Shown: one piece after another, positions 9,218-16,400 of the stretch
Layout: the number at the start of each line of letters is the position of its first letter
How positions within the stretch are numbered: the first letter of the stretch is position 1
IMG/VR virus record: IMGVR_UViG_3300028587_000028
Span: 1-30,187 of that record
Source: a virus
Lineage: Duplodnaviria > Caudoviricetes
Length of the DNA: 30,187 bases
Strand: one strand, 5' to 3'
Translations under genes and position numbers: made by a program
Notes under the pieces: model-generated
What the model saw: the letters and a program-made list of their open reading frames with translations, nothing else
Databases searched by the model: none
What the model was told of the DNA's origin: nothing

Positions 9218-9309
9218 GGCGGCCAGACTAAGTCCCAGACGACGTTGGCGATAGCGGCGCCGAGGATGGCGCACCCGAGGGCAAGGACGAACGTTTCCGG
9301 CTCAACCAT
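9214..9309 (-). CDS. 31-aa single-TM membrane peptide (not in ORF track)
   Basis: MVEPETFVLALGCAILGAAIANVVWDLVWPP*; TGA overlaps next ATG. Confidence 0.55.
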   Translation of the reverse strand: MVEPETFVLALGCAILGAAIANVVWDLVWPP

Positions 9310-9645
9310 GGCTGAGCCCCAGCCTACACCCGATGTGCGACCCCGCCACTTCTCCGCCCTCCGTAACTAGCGCTGCCCCCGACGAAGCCCGAAGCCTGTC
9401 CGCGCTCCCGTTGGTCGCGGGCAGTGCAGTGGGGCTATCCGGGGGAGAGTATCCGCCTGCTTCGGGGCGTGGCCTCGCCGCCGCTCGCCCCAGAGTCCGG
9501 GGCGCCGGGCCATCGCCCTCGCTGTGCGGACACCCACCGAGGGTCTGCGGCATGACGGGCGCTCGGCCTTCGTGCGTGCCATGCGCCGTCGCCGCGACTG
9601 TGGCGGGGCAGTGCCCTACGACGGCGGGCGCGCGAGGGACGACAT
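9310..9645 (-). ncRNA. Candidate structured non-coding RNA or long leader
   Basis: No credible ORF; nested stems 9632-9638/9516-9522 and 9619-9626/9584-9591; TTGACA at 9669-9674. Confidence 0.25.
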
Positions 9646-9890
9646 AGCAACTGTACCGTCGTGTAGTCTGTCAAGGCCCGCTGTGTTTCCTGTTTAACGA
9701 CGGGCACTTGCGCCGGTTTTTCGACCGGCGGTCAGGAATGCCGCGCCGCACTGCCTTTGCGCCCGAAGAAGCAGTCTGCGCGTAGGTTGCGCGCACCCTG
9801 CGCCCCTAAAGGACTGCGCGCAGGCGTGGGCTACGTCAGCCCCACCGGGGAGGTGGCCGAGTCCTGGCGGGAGTTGCTGGCCCGACTCGG

Positions 9891-10346
9891 CTAGTTCGCC
9901 GCACACGCCCCACAACTCCGCCCGGCCTTCTCGGCGGAGTCGTTGAGGACTCGCACCAGTCCACGAGCGCCGGGCGTCCCTCCGCCCTGGTCGTCGCAGT
10001 AGTTGTCCACGGCGTCGTCGAGGAAGTCCTCCCAGTCCGCGCCCCAGCCCACCGCGTTGGGGCGCACCTTGAAGCCCTGAGCGCGCTCCAGACGGTACGC
10101 CTCGCCCAGACAGGCCCGGAGGTACTCCGCCCGTATGCAGTCCTGCTCGTGAAGGCTCAACGCCTGAAACCCGCCCTCGTGCGCGGCGCCGGACATGACG
10201 CGCCCCGTGTCGCTCATCATCGAGTTGGCGCAGCGGTCAAACACCTCGCTCGGGACGCCCGGGGGCCGCGCGAATCCATTGGGGCGCCACGTCTTCGGGG
10301 TGGAGGAACAGCCAGACAACAGAAGCAACAGCGCGAGACGCTTCAA
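9891..10346 (-). CDS. Cys-rich lipoprotein
   Basis: MKRLALLLLLSGC lipobox; TTG start with GGAG SD; six further Cys. Confidence 0.8.
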   Translation of the reverse strand: MKRLALLLLLSGCSSTPKTWRPNGFARPPGVPSEVFDRCANSMMSDTGRVMSGAAHEGGFQALSLHEQDCIRAEYLRACLGEAYRLERAQGFKVRPNAVGWGADWEDFLDDAVDNYCDDQGGGTPGARGLVRVLNDSAEKAGRSCGACAAN

Positions 10347-10410
10347 GGTGACTCCGGGGTGGGTGGTGTTGCGTGCCCGGGAGGAATCTCCCAGGCAGAA
10401 ACGGGTGAGG

Positions 10411-10629
10411 CTAGTTCACCCAGTCGATTCCTTCAGACGTCCGCACCATCCGCCCCTCCCGCCCGAACTCCTCGTAGCCCTCGCACCAGAGGTCCAAAGC
10501 GCCGTCACCAGCACGGAGGGCATCTGACAGGGCTTCGCACTCCAACTTTGCGGCGGACAGCGTGGGCGCGCTCAAGTCCTGACGGCGGGGGCGGTCTGTG
10601 CTGCTCTCGTAGACGTTGGCGTAGTACAT
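10411..10629 (-). CDS. Hypothetical protein
   Basis: MYYANVYESS..., GAGG SD before ATG at 10629. Confidence 0.65.
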   Translation of the reverse strand: MYYANVYESSTDRPRRQDLSAPTLSAAKLECEALSDALRAGDGALDLWCEGYEEFGREGRMVRTSEGIDWVN

Positions 10630-10636
10630 GGCGGCC

Positions 10637-10858
10637 TCAGCGTGAACCAGCCAGCAGTTGGGCAGCAGCGGGGCGCCAGAAGCAGGGCACGAGGATGGTG
10701 TCATTCCGACGCATGGGGCCCGTGCCGTACATTTTCATCGCCAGCAGCGCCTCCAACTCTTCGTCCGTCAGCCGTGACACCGGCACCAGCATGTCGTGCG
10801 TCCGCGTCTCCACTGCGCCCCGTTCCGCAAACACCTGCCTCTGCGCATCTCCGTACAT
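10637..10858 (-). CDS. Hypothetical protein
   Basis: 73 aa, AAGGAG SD. Confidence 0.65.
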   Translation of the reverse strand: MYGDAQRQVFAERGAVETRTHDMLVPVSRLTDEELEALLAMKMYGTGPMRRNDTILVPCFWRPAAAQLLAGSR

Positions 10859-10920
10859 GGCACTCTCCTTGGCACTTCGGGTTGGTTGTGGCGGGACTCG
10901 GCCCCCGCCCGGCCTTGCTG

Positions 10921-11055
10921 CTAGTCTTCGTCTTCACCCAACTCCTCTGCCGACTCCTCCAGGGCCCGCGCCAGCCTCTTCTCTTCCTCCGTCATAGGCG
11001 GCGGGTTCCGCCACCGTTCCAGCGCTTCCTCAATCATCCGCTCCGTCTCGTCCAT
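10921..11055 (-). CDS. Small acidic helical protein (44 aa)
   Basis: ATG at 11055 with AGGGGG SD, downstream of the promoter at 11080-11108; MDETERMIEEALERW...EELGEDED. Confidence 0.6.
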   Translation of the reverse strand: MDETERMIEEALERWRNPPPMTEEEKRLARALEESAEELGEDED

Positions 11056-11079
11056 GCGTCCCCCTGCGTTGATGGACAG

Positions 11080-11140
11080 ATACTGCCAAAGTCTCTTTCG
11101 CAGGTCAAGAGGTTGCGCCAACTTTCTTTCGTGGTACTTT
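11080..11140. promoter_or_regulatory. Back-to-back divergent promoter pair 1
   Basis: Minus: TTGACC(11103-11108)-17-CAGTAT; plus: TTGCGC(11113-11118)-16-TACTTT with extended TG. Confidence 0.65.
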
Positions 11141-11161
11141 CCGGACACTCAAGGAGGCAGT

Positions 11162-11452
11162 ATGGCGCGCGAAGTCATACCCGTGGCGTATGTGACGAAG
11201 TGGGCGAAGACGCGGGGTGTCGTTGTTTGGGAGAATGCGCTAGTGACAGGGGCGGGCGCAGTCGTGTCGTCCAACTACGGCCGTGGCTCTCACGCCTACG
11301 TCAGCGCGAAGGAATGGACCACCGACAAGGCCGTTGCCGAGGAGCGCTGGCGTCAGGCGGTGGAGACGGAGGCCAAGCGCCTGAAGCTCGCCGCGAAGAA
11401 GTACGAGGCGCTCGCGAAGGGCGCTCCCGTTTACGCCAAGGAGGAGGGGTGA
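11162..11452 (+). CDS. Hypothetical protein (AYVTKWA paralog 1)
   Basis: AAGGAGG SD; 96 aa. Confidence 0.8.
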   Translation: MAREVIPVAYVTKWAKTRGVVVWENALVTGAGAVVSSNYGRGSHAYVSAKEWTTDKAVAEERWRQAVETEAKRLKLAAKKYEALAKGAPVYAKEEG

Positions 11453-11766
11453 TGTCGAACGACAACGAAGGCAAGAAGGTCCCGACCGCTTACGTGACCA
11501 AGTGGGCTACGACAGTCGGCATCATGACCGTGAACGATGGCGAGGTTTACACGAGCGGCAGTTCCACGAACTACCTCACCAAGCGCGGCAAGTCGTCCTA
11601 CAGTCTCTTTGTGGCGCCAGCCCACTGGACCACGAGCAAGGAAGAGGCGGAGACGCGCTACAGGAAAGCGCTCCGGAAGGCCGCTGACGCCGCCCACAAG
11701 AAGCACGCGGCCCTTGTCGCCGCCATCAACGCACCCCCGAAGTACGCAAAGGAAGATGAGTCATGA
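11452..11766 (+). CDS. Hypothetical protein (AYVTKWA paralog 2)
   Basis: TGATG overlap; 104 aa; shares P.AYVTKWA.T.G, WTT.K..AE.R and P.YAKE with the previous gene. Confidence 0.8.
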   Translation: MSNDNEGKKVPTAYVTKWATTVGIMTVNDGEVYTSGSSTNYLTKRGKSSYSLFVAPAHWTTSKEEAETRYRKALRKAADAAHKKHAALVAAINAPPKYAKEDES

Positions 11767-11957
11767 CGACGTGGGTGCTGATTCTTTTCGTTGGGGTTGG
11801 CATGGCCGGTGACGGCGAGGCCAACGCCCTGACGTCTGTTCCGGGGTTTGCTACCGAGGAGTTGTGCGCCAAGGCGGGCACGGCGGCCGTCCGCAAGTTT
11901 GAGAGTGGCACCAAGCGCGTGCAGTACGTGTGCGCCAGCCAAGGGGCAAAGCCGTGA
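11763..11957 (+). CDS. Small membrane/secreted protein with two Cys
   Basis: MTTWVLILFVGVG...FATEELCAKAG...YVC; ATGA-coupled. Confidence 0.7.
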   Translation: MTTWVLILFVGVGMAGDGEANALTSVPGFATEELCAKAGTAAVRKFESGTKRVQYVCASQGAKP

Positions 11958-12172
11958 CCACCGTCCTCTACCGCGAAGACGTGACCGTGGGTGACGAGGT
12001 GAAGAATGGGCGCACCCAGAGATGGGGGCTCGTGACTGACCTTGAATTTGACGGCACCGGCCGAATCACTCGCCTGCGCGTCAAGCGGCGACAGGGCCAC
12101 GGGTTCCACAGCGTCCCGCGATGGTGGAGCGCCGCAAGCATTACGATGTCCGAGAAAGGGAGCACCAAGTGA
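11954..12172 (+). CDS. Hypothetical protein, possible SH3/KOW-like barrel
   Basis: GTGA overlap; VGDEV...WGLVTD pattern. Confidence 0.65.
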   Translation: MTTVLYREDVTVGDEVKNGRTQRWGLVTDLEFDGTGRITRLRVKRRQGHGFHSVPRWWSAASITMSEKGSTK

Positions 12173-12603
12173 GCGAGCACGCAGTCTACGTGGAGTTTGG
12201 CGGCAGCAAGCACCGAGTGGGCACCGCCTACCAGCAGCAGGACGGGGGCTTTACGCTCGTCCTGGGCGGCACCCTGTCGCTCGGGCCGGGACAGGCCGTT
12301 TCGTCGCGTGGTGGGGCTCCTGGGGCCTCTGGCGGGGCTTTTGGAGGCGGTAGCGGCACCTTCCCCAACTACGGCCGCAGCAAAGGCGCGCCCATCTTCG
12401 GAGCGGCCATGCAGGAACTGGAATACTACGCGGCCAACGCGCGCAAGTCTCTCAACGACCCGTCCAAGGCCCGCTGGCACGACAAGGAGCGCCAGCTGCT
12501 GGAGGCGCTTGAGGCCGAAATCACGCGCCAGGGCGGCACGGTGCAGCGCGAGGAGACCCATTCCTACGGCGGCCCTATTGACGACTCCGGGTTGCCCTTC
12601 TAG
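12169..12603 (+). CDS. Putative ssDNA-binding or SSB-tail-mimic protein
   Basis: GTGA overlap; beta-rich N-terminus, Gly linker, acidic C-terminal tail DDSGLPF resembling SSB DDDIPF. Confidence 0.55.
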   Translation: MSEHAVYVEFGGSKHRVGTAYQQQDGGFTLVLGGTLSLGPGQAVSSRGGAPGASGGAFGGGSGTFPNYGRSKGAPIFGAAMQELEYYAANARKSLNDPSKARWHDKERQLLEALEAEITRQGGTVQREETHSYGGPIDDSGLPF

Positions 12604-12609
12604 GGGCTG

Positions 12610-12639
12610 AAACGAAACGGCCCCGCCGAAGCAGGGCCG
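12610..12639 (-). terminator. Intrinsic terminator, minus strand
   Basis: cggccctgc-TTCG-gcggggccg then tttcgttt. Confidence 0.75.
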
Positions 12640-12642
12640 AGG

Positions 12643-12666
12643 GGCGCCGCGAGTCGGCGCCTTTTT
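12643..12666 (+). terminator. Intrinsic terminator, plus strand
   Basis: ggcgccg-cgagt-cggcgcc then ttttt. Confidence 0.8.
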
Positions 12667-12675
12667 CGTTGCGGG

Positions 12676-12888
12676 CTACTGCGCCGCTTGTGGCTCTGCC
12701 TTGGGCGGCCCGAACACCTGTGCGTGAACCTCCGCCGACGTCCCCAGCACCTTGTGAAATTTGCCAGTGCGCAAGTCCACGAGGGCCGCGTCGCGGTCCC
12801 GCCAGCAGGGAGCGATGGTGACGACCTCTGAGGGCAGCACGTAGAGCGGTTGGCCTCCCTGCCACAGCGTCAACTTGATGAGGCTCAC
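12676..12888 (-). CDS. FlbD/SwrD-like small protein
   Basis: LIKLT..GG.PLYV....V.TI....L.TGK..V..T..EV pattern resembles the FlbD family. Confidence 0.5.
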   Translation of the reverse strand: MSLIKLTLWQGGQPLYVLPSEVVTIAPCWRDRDAALVDLRTGKFHKVLGTSAEVHAQVFGPPKAEPQAAQ

Positions 12889-13193
12889 TTGTCAGCCTCG
12901 CGGTAGGCGGATTCGCGCAGCGTCCACGAGGCATGCTGGAGGTTGCTCGCGGCGCCCGAGAGGCGCCGGGCGCGGTTGGCGTACAACTCATCAGCAAGGC
13001 CATTGTAGATGGTGGCGCGCAGGTCCTGGGCCTTGCTCAGCGCCGCGTCGAACGCCTTGAGCGCGTCGGGCAGCGGGACTTCGGGGTATGCCTGGGCCAG
13101 CGGACCACCGGCAGTCATGTTGTACCGCCCCTGATTCGCCAGCGCCTTGCTCGTCTTCTTCGTCGCCTTCTTCTTCGTGGTCTTCGCGTTCAT
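12885..13193 (-). CDS. Hypothetical protein with Lys-rich N-terminus
   Basis: MNAKTTKKKATKKTSK; ATG at 13193 downstream of promoter. Confidence 0.7.
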   Translation of the reverse strand: MNAKTTKKKATKKTSKALANQGRYNMTAGGPLAQAYPEVPLPDALKAFDAALSKAQDLRATIYNGLADELYANRARRLSGAASNLQHASWTLRESAYREADK

Positions 13194-13223
13194 CTCAAAC
13201 CCTCTGCCTTGATTGGCCCAAGC

Positions 13224-13285
13224 ACTGTCGCACGGGGCGTGTGTCATGGCAAAAAGTTGACTGGCGAAAGAGAGTGTCGCATCAT
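13224..13285. promoter_or_regulatory. Back-to-back divergent promoter pair 2
   Basis: Plus: TTGACT(13257-13262)-17-CATCAT; minus: TTGCCA(13247-13252)-17-GACAGT. Confidence 0.6.
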
Positions 13286-13291
13286 TGCTTC

Positions 13292-13486
13292 ATGCCCGAC
13301 ACCGCGCACCCACACTACCCAGACGAGCGCAGCGCGGGACTTGAGCCCCTATCCAAGCGCCTGCAAGAGAGGCAGTCTGCGCAGTGGCGTCAGATGTGGG
13401 GGCCGGAGCTGGCGGCGAATGAGGCCAGAATCGCCCGGATTCGGGCGGAAGACGCGGCGAGGCTTGCTGCGCTGGGCCTCAAGTAG
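13292..13486 (+). CDS. Hypothetical 64-aa protein, probably leaderless
   Basis: ATG 6 nt after the -10 box, no SD; followed by a terminator. Confidence 0.6.
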   Translation: MPDTAHPHYPDERSAGLEPLSKRLQERQSAQWRQMWGPELAANEARIARIRAEDAARLAALGLK

Positions 13487-13502
13487 ATACCCAGAAACGA
13501 CT

Positions 13503-13532
13503 CGGGCCCCAGCGAAAGCCAGGGCCCGTTTT
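13503..13532 (+). terminator. Intrinsic terminator
   Basis: cgggccc...gggcccg stem with GAAA-capped top, then tttt. Confidence 0.7.
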
Positions 13533-13566
13533 ACTTTGGCTCGGTTGTCTCAGACGCGTGGCCGAC

Positions 13567-13914
13567 CTAGGCAGTGGTGGACAGCGCGCGGACGGTCGCC
13601 TTGAACAGGTAGTCCTTTGCCTTCTGCTCGGCGGGCAACTCCTCGTAAGGCACGAAGCAGGGGTGCTCCTTCTTTTCGGCGTCCTTCACCGGCCCGTACT
13701 TCCAGCCCGTGGCGCGCTTCTCCGCGAGCCACGAGTCATGCGAGTGACTGGGCGGCGCGTCGGGGTTGGCGAGATTGAACTCCACGCCCTTGATGGCGCT
13801 CTGTCGCTGCCAGTCGGGGGCTTCCTCCCAGGGCACCTGCGAGGTGTCACCAAGGGCGGCACAGTAGCCACGGTTCACCTCGTGGCAGACGCGGGCGATG
13901 TCTTCGGGCTTCAT
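13567..13914 (-). CDS. RyR-domain protein
   Basis: H..W...K...GWKYG..KD...K.HPCFVPYEELP..QK.KD signature. Confidence 0.85.
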   Translation of the reverse strand: MKPEDIARVCHEVNRGYCAALGDTSQVPWEEAPDWQRQSAIKGVEFNLANPDAPPSHSHDSWLAEKRATGWKYGPVKDAEKKEHPCFVPYEELPAEQKAKDYLFKATVRALSTTA

Positions 13915-14042
13915 CGAGTGCTTCCTTTCGGTTGAACTGCTTCTGTTGTCTCTGGCCGCCACCCCAGCGCCGCGAGCAGTCGCAGCACCTCCAGCACGTC
14001 ACCTTCGGCGGGAGGGCAGGGGCGGTGCTTGCCGCCTTTCAC
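13911..14042 (-). CDS. 43-aa hypothetical protein (not in ORF track)
   Basis: MKGGKHRPCPPAEGDVLEVLRLLAALGW...; 4-nt overlaps at both ends. Confidence 0.55.
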   Translation of the reverse strand: MKGGKHRPCPPAEGDVLEVLRLLAALGWRPETTEAVQPKGSTR

Positions 14043-14248
14043 GCCACGCCCCACACGCCGCCCGTCTGCTTCAGCGCAGCGTTGAGGGCGGTGCAGGCGT
14101 CAATGAACGCGGGAACGTCCGCCTCTTCCACGGACTGCGGCTCCAGCCTCCCGCTACCTCTCGCGCGCGGCGGCTGGGCACCGCACCTGTCGCAGTACCG
14201 CGCCCCATGCAGGTGGTGCTTGCCGCACTCGCAGCGGAGGAGGTTCAT
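14039..14248 (-). CDS. Zinc-ribbon protein
   Basis: CECG...YCDRCG; ATGA-coupled. Confidence 0.7.
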   Translation of the reverse strand: MNLLRCECGKHHLHGARYCDRCGAQPPRARGSGRLEPQSVEEADVPAFIDACTALNAALKQTGGVWGVA

Positions 14249-14409
14249 TGATTCTCCCGACCCCAGAGAGTTCCATGCGTCATGATGGCGATTAGCACGC
14301 CGATAGCAATCCGCTGGCGCCAAGGGCCAGACTCAAGCAGGTACGGCACTAAAGCCACTGCCAGTCCAACGCACAGAACGTGGTAAATGTACCTCATCGC
14401 GAGAAGCAT
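14245..14409 (-). CDS. 54-aa two-TM membrane protein (not in ORF track)
   Basis: MLLAMRYIYHVLCVGLAVALVPYLLESGPWRQRIAIGVLIAIMTHGTLWGRENQ*; overlaps both neighbours. Confidence 0.6.
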   Translation of the reverse strand: MLLAMRYIYHVLCVGLAVALVPYLLESGPWRQRIAIGVLIAIMTHGTLWGRENQ

Positions 14410-14738
14410 CAGTCCTCCCCATCCACGCGACGCCCCGTGTTGGGCACCACCTGCACTGCTCGGTCATCCCAGATGGCTACGCACCGGTAGTCTTTCGTCG
14501 CCGTGACTGGCAGTACGCGGCCAAGGTGCTCCACGCACCACGCCTCAATGGCCGGAAGGCACTCCGGGTCTCCAGCGCGGGCGGTGAAGATTCGCACGTC
14601 ACGGCCTGCGTCCAGCCAGTCCCTGACACGGATGAGCATCAGCGGCACGGGGCGGCCGATGGCTCCAGCACCCTGCCATCCGCCGTACTCCGCCAGCGTT
14701 CCATCCAGGTCCACGCCAATCCATCCCGCGTTGCTCAT
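14409..14738 (-). CDS. HAD-superfamily phosphatase (capless, PNKP-phosphatase-like)
   Basis: DLDGT, FTAR, K and WDD motifs I-IV. Confidence 0.85.
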   Translation of the reverse strand: MSNAGWIGVDLDGTLAEYGGWQGAGAIGRPVPLMLIRVRDWLDAGRDVRIFTARAGDPECLPAIEAWCVEHLGRVLPVTATKDYRCVAIWDDRAVQVVPNTGRRVDGED

Positions 14739-15055
14739 AGTGCCCCGTGCTTTCGCAGTACATCCTCAATCGCTTCGCGCAGGTAGTGACTCTGGTGCAC
14801 GCGCGTCTCATTCGCCAGCTGCTTGATGGCGTCCATCTGCCACCTTGGCATGCGCGGAACAACGGAAAGGAGGCCAGTGGGCGTGGGCGGGCGTGTCCTC
14901 GTGCTGATTCTGTCCTTGAGCATGCGCGGCTTCTTGTACTTGCCACGCTTCCTCCGGACCTGCTTGGGCCGCCCGGGAGGCGGCGGCATCCTGCCTGTCA
15001 GCACTCGCGTGCTCTGGGCGAAAACCATGCCGCTGGGGAGGACAGGATGCTTCAC
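14735..15055 (-). CDS. Ribbon-helix-helix DNA-binding protein with basic N-terminus
   Basis: VVPRMP..QMDAIKQLA.ET.V..SHYLREAIEDVL. Confidence 0.7.
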   Translation of the reverse strand: MKHPVLPSGMVFAQSTRVLTGRMPPPPGRPKQVRRKRGKYKKPRMLKDRISTRTRPPTPTGLLSVVPRMPRWQMDAIKQLANETRVHQSHYLREAIEDVLRKHGAL

Positions 15056-15285
15056 ACTTCACCTCCCAACATGCACTGGCACTCGGCGGCATCCGTCCAC
15101 GTCGGACAGTGACCGCTGTATGGATGCCACTTCGCCCCAGAGCACCAGAGGGCATATTCGCTCTCGTGCCTCACCAGCACCTGCGCGTTCATCTTGAGCG
15201 GGTTCGCCCGATAGAGGAACACATCCCCCGGACGCAGAAACGGGGAGACGGTCAGCGTGAATGGGATGCCGAAGACGTCAATCAC
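15052..15285 (-). CDS. Hypothetical protein with Cys/His-rich C-terminus
   Basis: 77 aa, GAGGTGG SD, coupled to next gene. Confidence 0.6.
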   Translation of the reverse strand: MIDVFGIPFTLTVSPFLRPGDVFLYRANPLKMNAQVLVRHESEYALWCSGAKWHPYSGHCPTWTDAAECQCMLGGEV

Positions 15286-15349
15286 GCCCCACCTCTCAGT
15301 CGCGCGCGCACCAGCGAGAGGAGCCAGCGCCAGTCAGTTGGAAAGAGAA

Positions 15350-15619
15350 TCACTTCGTCTCCTGCCCGGCCGCGAGCATGGCGTCGGCCCAACGGTACAT
15401 CTTCAGGCTGGCGACGCGACGCTGTTCCTCCTCAGACGGGCCGTCCATGCTGTATCGCTGTGGCTCTCCGTGGTGCGCGAGATAGCCCGTCAGCGCGGCG
15501 GCGGCGAGGTAGTCGCGGCGGGAGAGGCCGAAGTCAGTCAGCAATCCGCTTTCGGTGCGCACCGTCACGGGGAACGCAGCATCGTGCTTCAACATCCCTT
15601 CTTCAATCTCATTACTCAT
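15350..15619 (-). CDS. Conserved phage hypothetical protein (AFP...G-x-S/T-x-RDY...ADAML type)
   Basis: AAFPV...GLSRRDYLAAAAL...WADAMLAA; AAGGAG SD. Confidence 0.8.
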   Translation of the reverse strand: MSNEIEEGMLKHDAAFPVTVRTESGLLTDFGLSRRDYLAAAALTGYLAHHGEPQRYSMDGPSEEEQRRVASLKMYRWADAMLAAGQETK

Positions 15620-15638
15620 CGGTCTTTCTCCTTCCTTC

Positions 15639-15667
15639 ACTCTGCGTCAGTGCCGGGCGACAGTCAA
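15639..15667 (-). promoter_or_regulatory. Candidate promoter overlapping terminator U-tract
   Basis: TTGACT-17-CAGAGT. Confidence 0.45.
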
Positions 15668-15689
15668 AAGAAAGGCCCCCGAAGGGGCC
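15666..15689 (-). terminator. Intrinsic terminator
   Basis: ggcccc-TTCG-ggggcc then tttctttt. Confidence 0.8.
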
Positions 15690-15694
15690 CGGTG

Positions 15695-16105
15695 CTACTT
15701 GCGCAGTGCCTGGATTGAGGCGTCTGCCAGCGCGCGATAGCGCTTCTCTACTTCTCTGCTGTGCCCAGCCGCTCCGAAGTCGTTGGGCCGCACACCAGCC
15801 AAGGCGAACAGCAGCGCCGTTTCGGTGTCGTAGGTGATTGCTACCTTCACGCCGAGCAACCCCCTCTCCTTCAGGGCCCCATACTCCTCGTTCGTCTTCG
15901 GGCAAGCCGAAGCGTACACCTCCAATGGGTCTCCGAACTGTAGGCCGTCCTCTAGGCTCTCGTTCGTTGACAGGTAGCGCCCACCTATCTTGGGATTCTT
16001 CGGGCTCCCAAACTGGACGTCAGTAGAGCCGCCCATCTCGCGCACCTTCTCCGCGAACAGCAGCCAGTCGTTGCCAGCGTCGAACACGTTTGCCTCCTCC
16101 GCCAT
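15695..16105 (-). CDS. Hypothetical protein
   Basis: 136 aa, protein-like composition, followed by a terminator. Confidence 0.7.
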   Translation of the reverse strand: MAEEANVFDAGNDWLLFAEKVREMGGSTDVQFGSPKNPKIGGRYLSTNESLEDGLQFGDPLEVYASACPKTNEEYGALKERGLLGVKVAITYDTETALLFALAGVRPNDFGAAGHSREVEKRYRALADASIQALRK

Positions 16106-16147
16106 TGGCGGCGCGGGTTAAATCGCCTTTCGGCATCACCAGCGTTG

Positions 16148-16354
16148 CTAAGAACCCACTACCTGCCCGTCCCGCCCGAAGGCGCCCACCTCACCCACGC
16201 CGTTCCGGATGACGTGGACCTGCCCACCCAGCAGCAAGTGCCCCTTGAACTTCTCGGCCTCCTGCATCGCCTTCTCAGGCGTCAGGGCCGTCAGGCGGTG
16301 GTCGCGCTGCGCCTCTCCGGGGTTGTTCACGACTGCGAAAAACATCGGGACCAT
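16148..16354 (-). CDS. Hypothetical protein
   Basis: AAGGAG SD before ATG at 16354 (MVPMFFAVVNN). Confidence 0.65.
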   Translation of the reverse strand: MVPMFFAVVNNPGEAQRDHRLTALTPEKAMQEAEKFKGHLLLGGQVHVIRNGVGEVGAFGRDGQVVGS

Positions 16355-16400
16355 GGGTTTCTCCTTTGGCTGTACTGCATCGCCCGAAGGCATCACGGCA

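Noticed and set aside
9650-9674. TTGACA with TACAGT as a canonical promoter
   Set aside because: Spacer is only 13 nt; kept only as weak support for the ncRNA candidate
11056-11148. Apparent head-to-head genes only 13 nt apart, suggesting an inversion breakpoint
   Set aside because: The real minus-strand start is ATG at 11055, leaving room for the divergent promoters
10642-11766. 374-aa plus-strand ORF
   Set aside because: Only the last 104 aa (from ATG at 11452) look real; the upstream part overlaps other genes and promoters
13120-13247. ANQGR repeated twice in the extended 120-aa ORF
   Set aside because: The first copy lies upstream of the likely start in the promoter/leader; nucleotide similarity is weak
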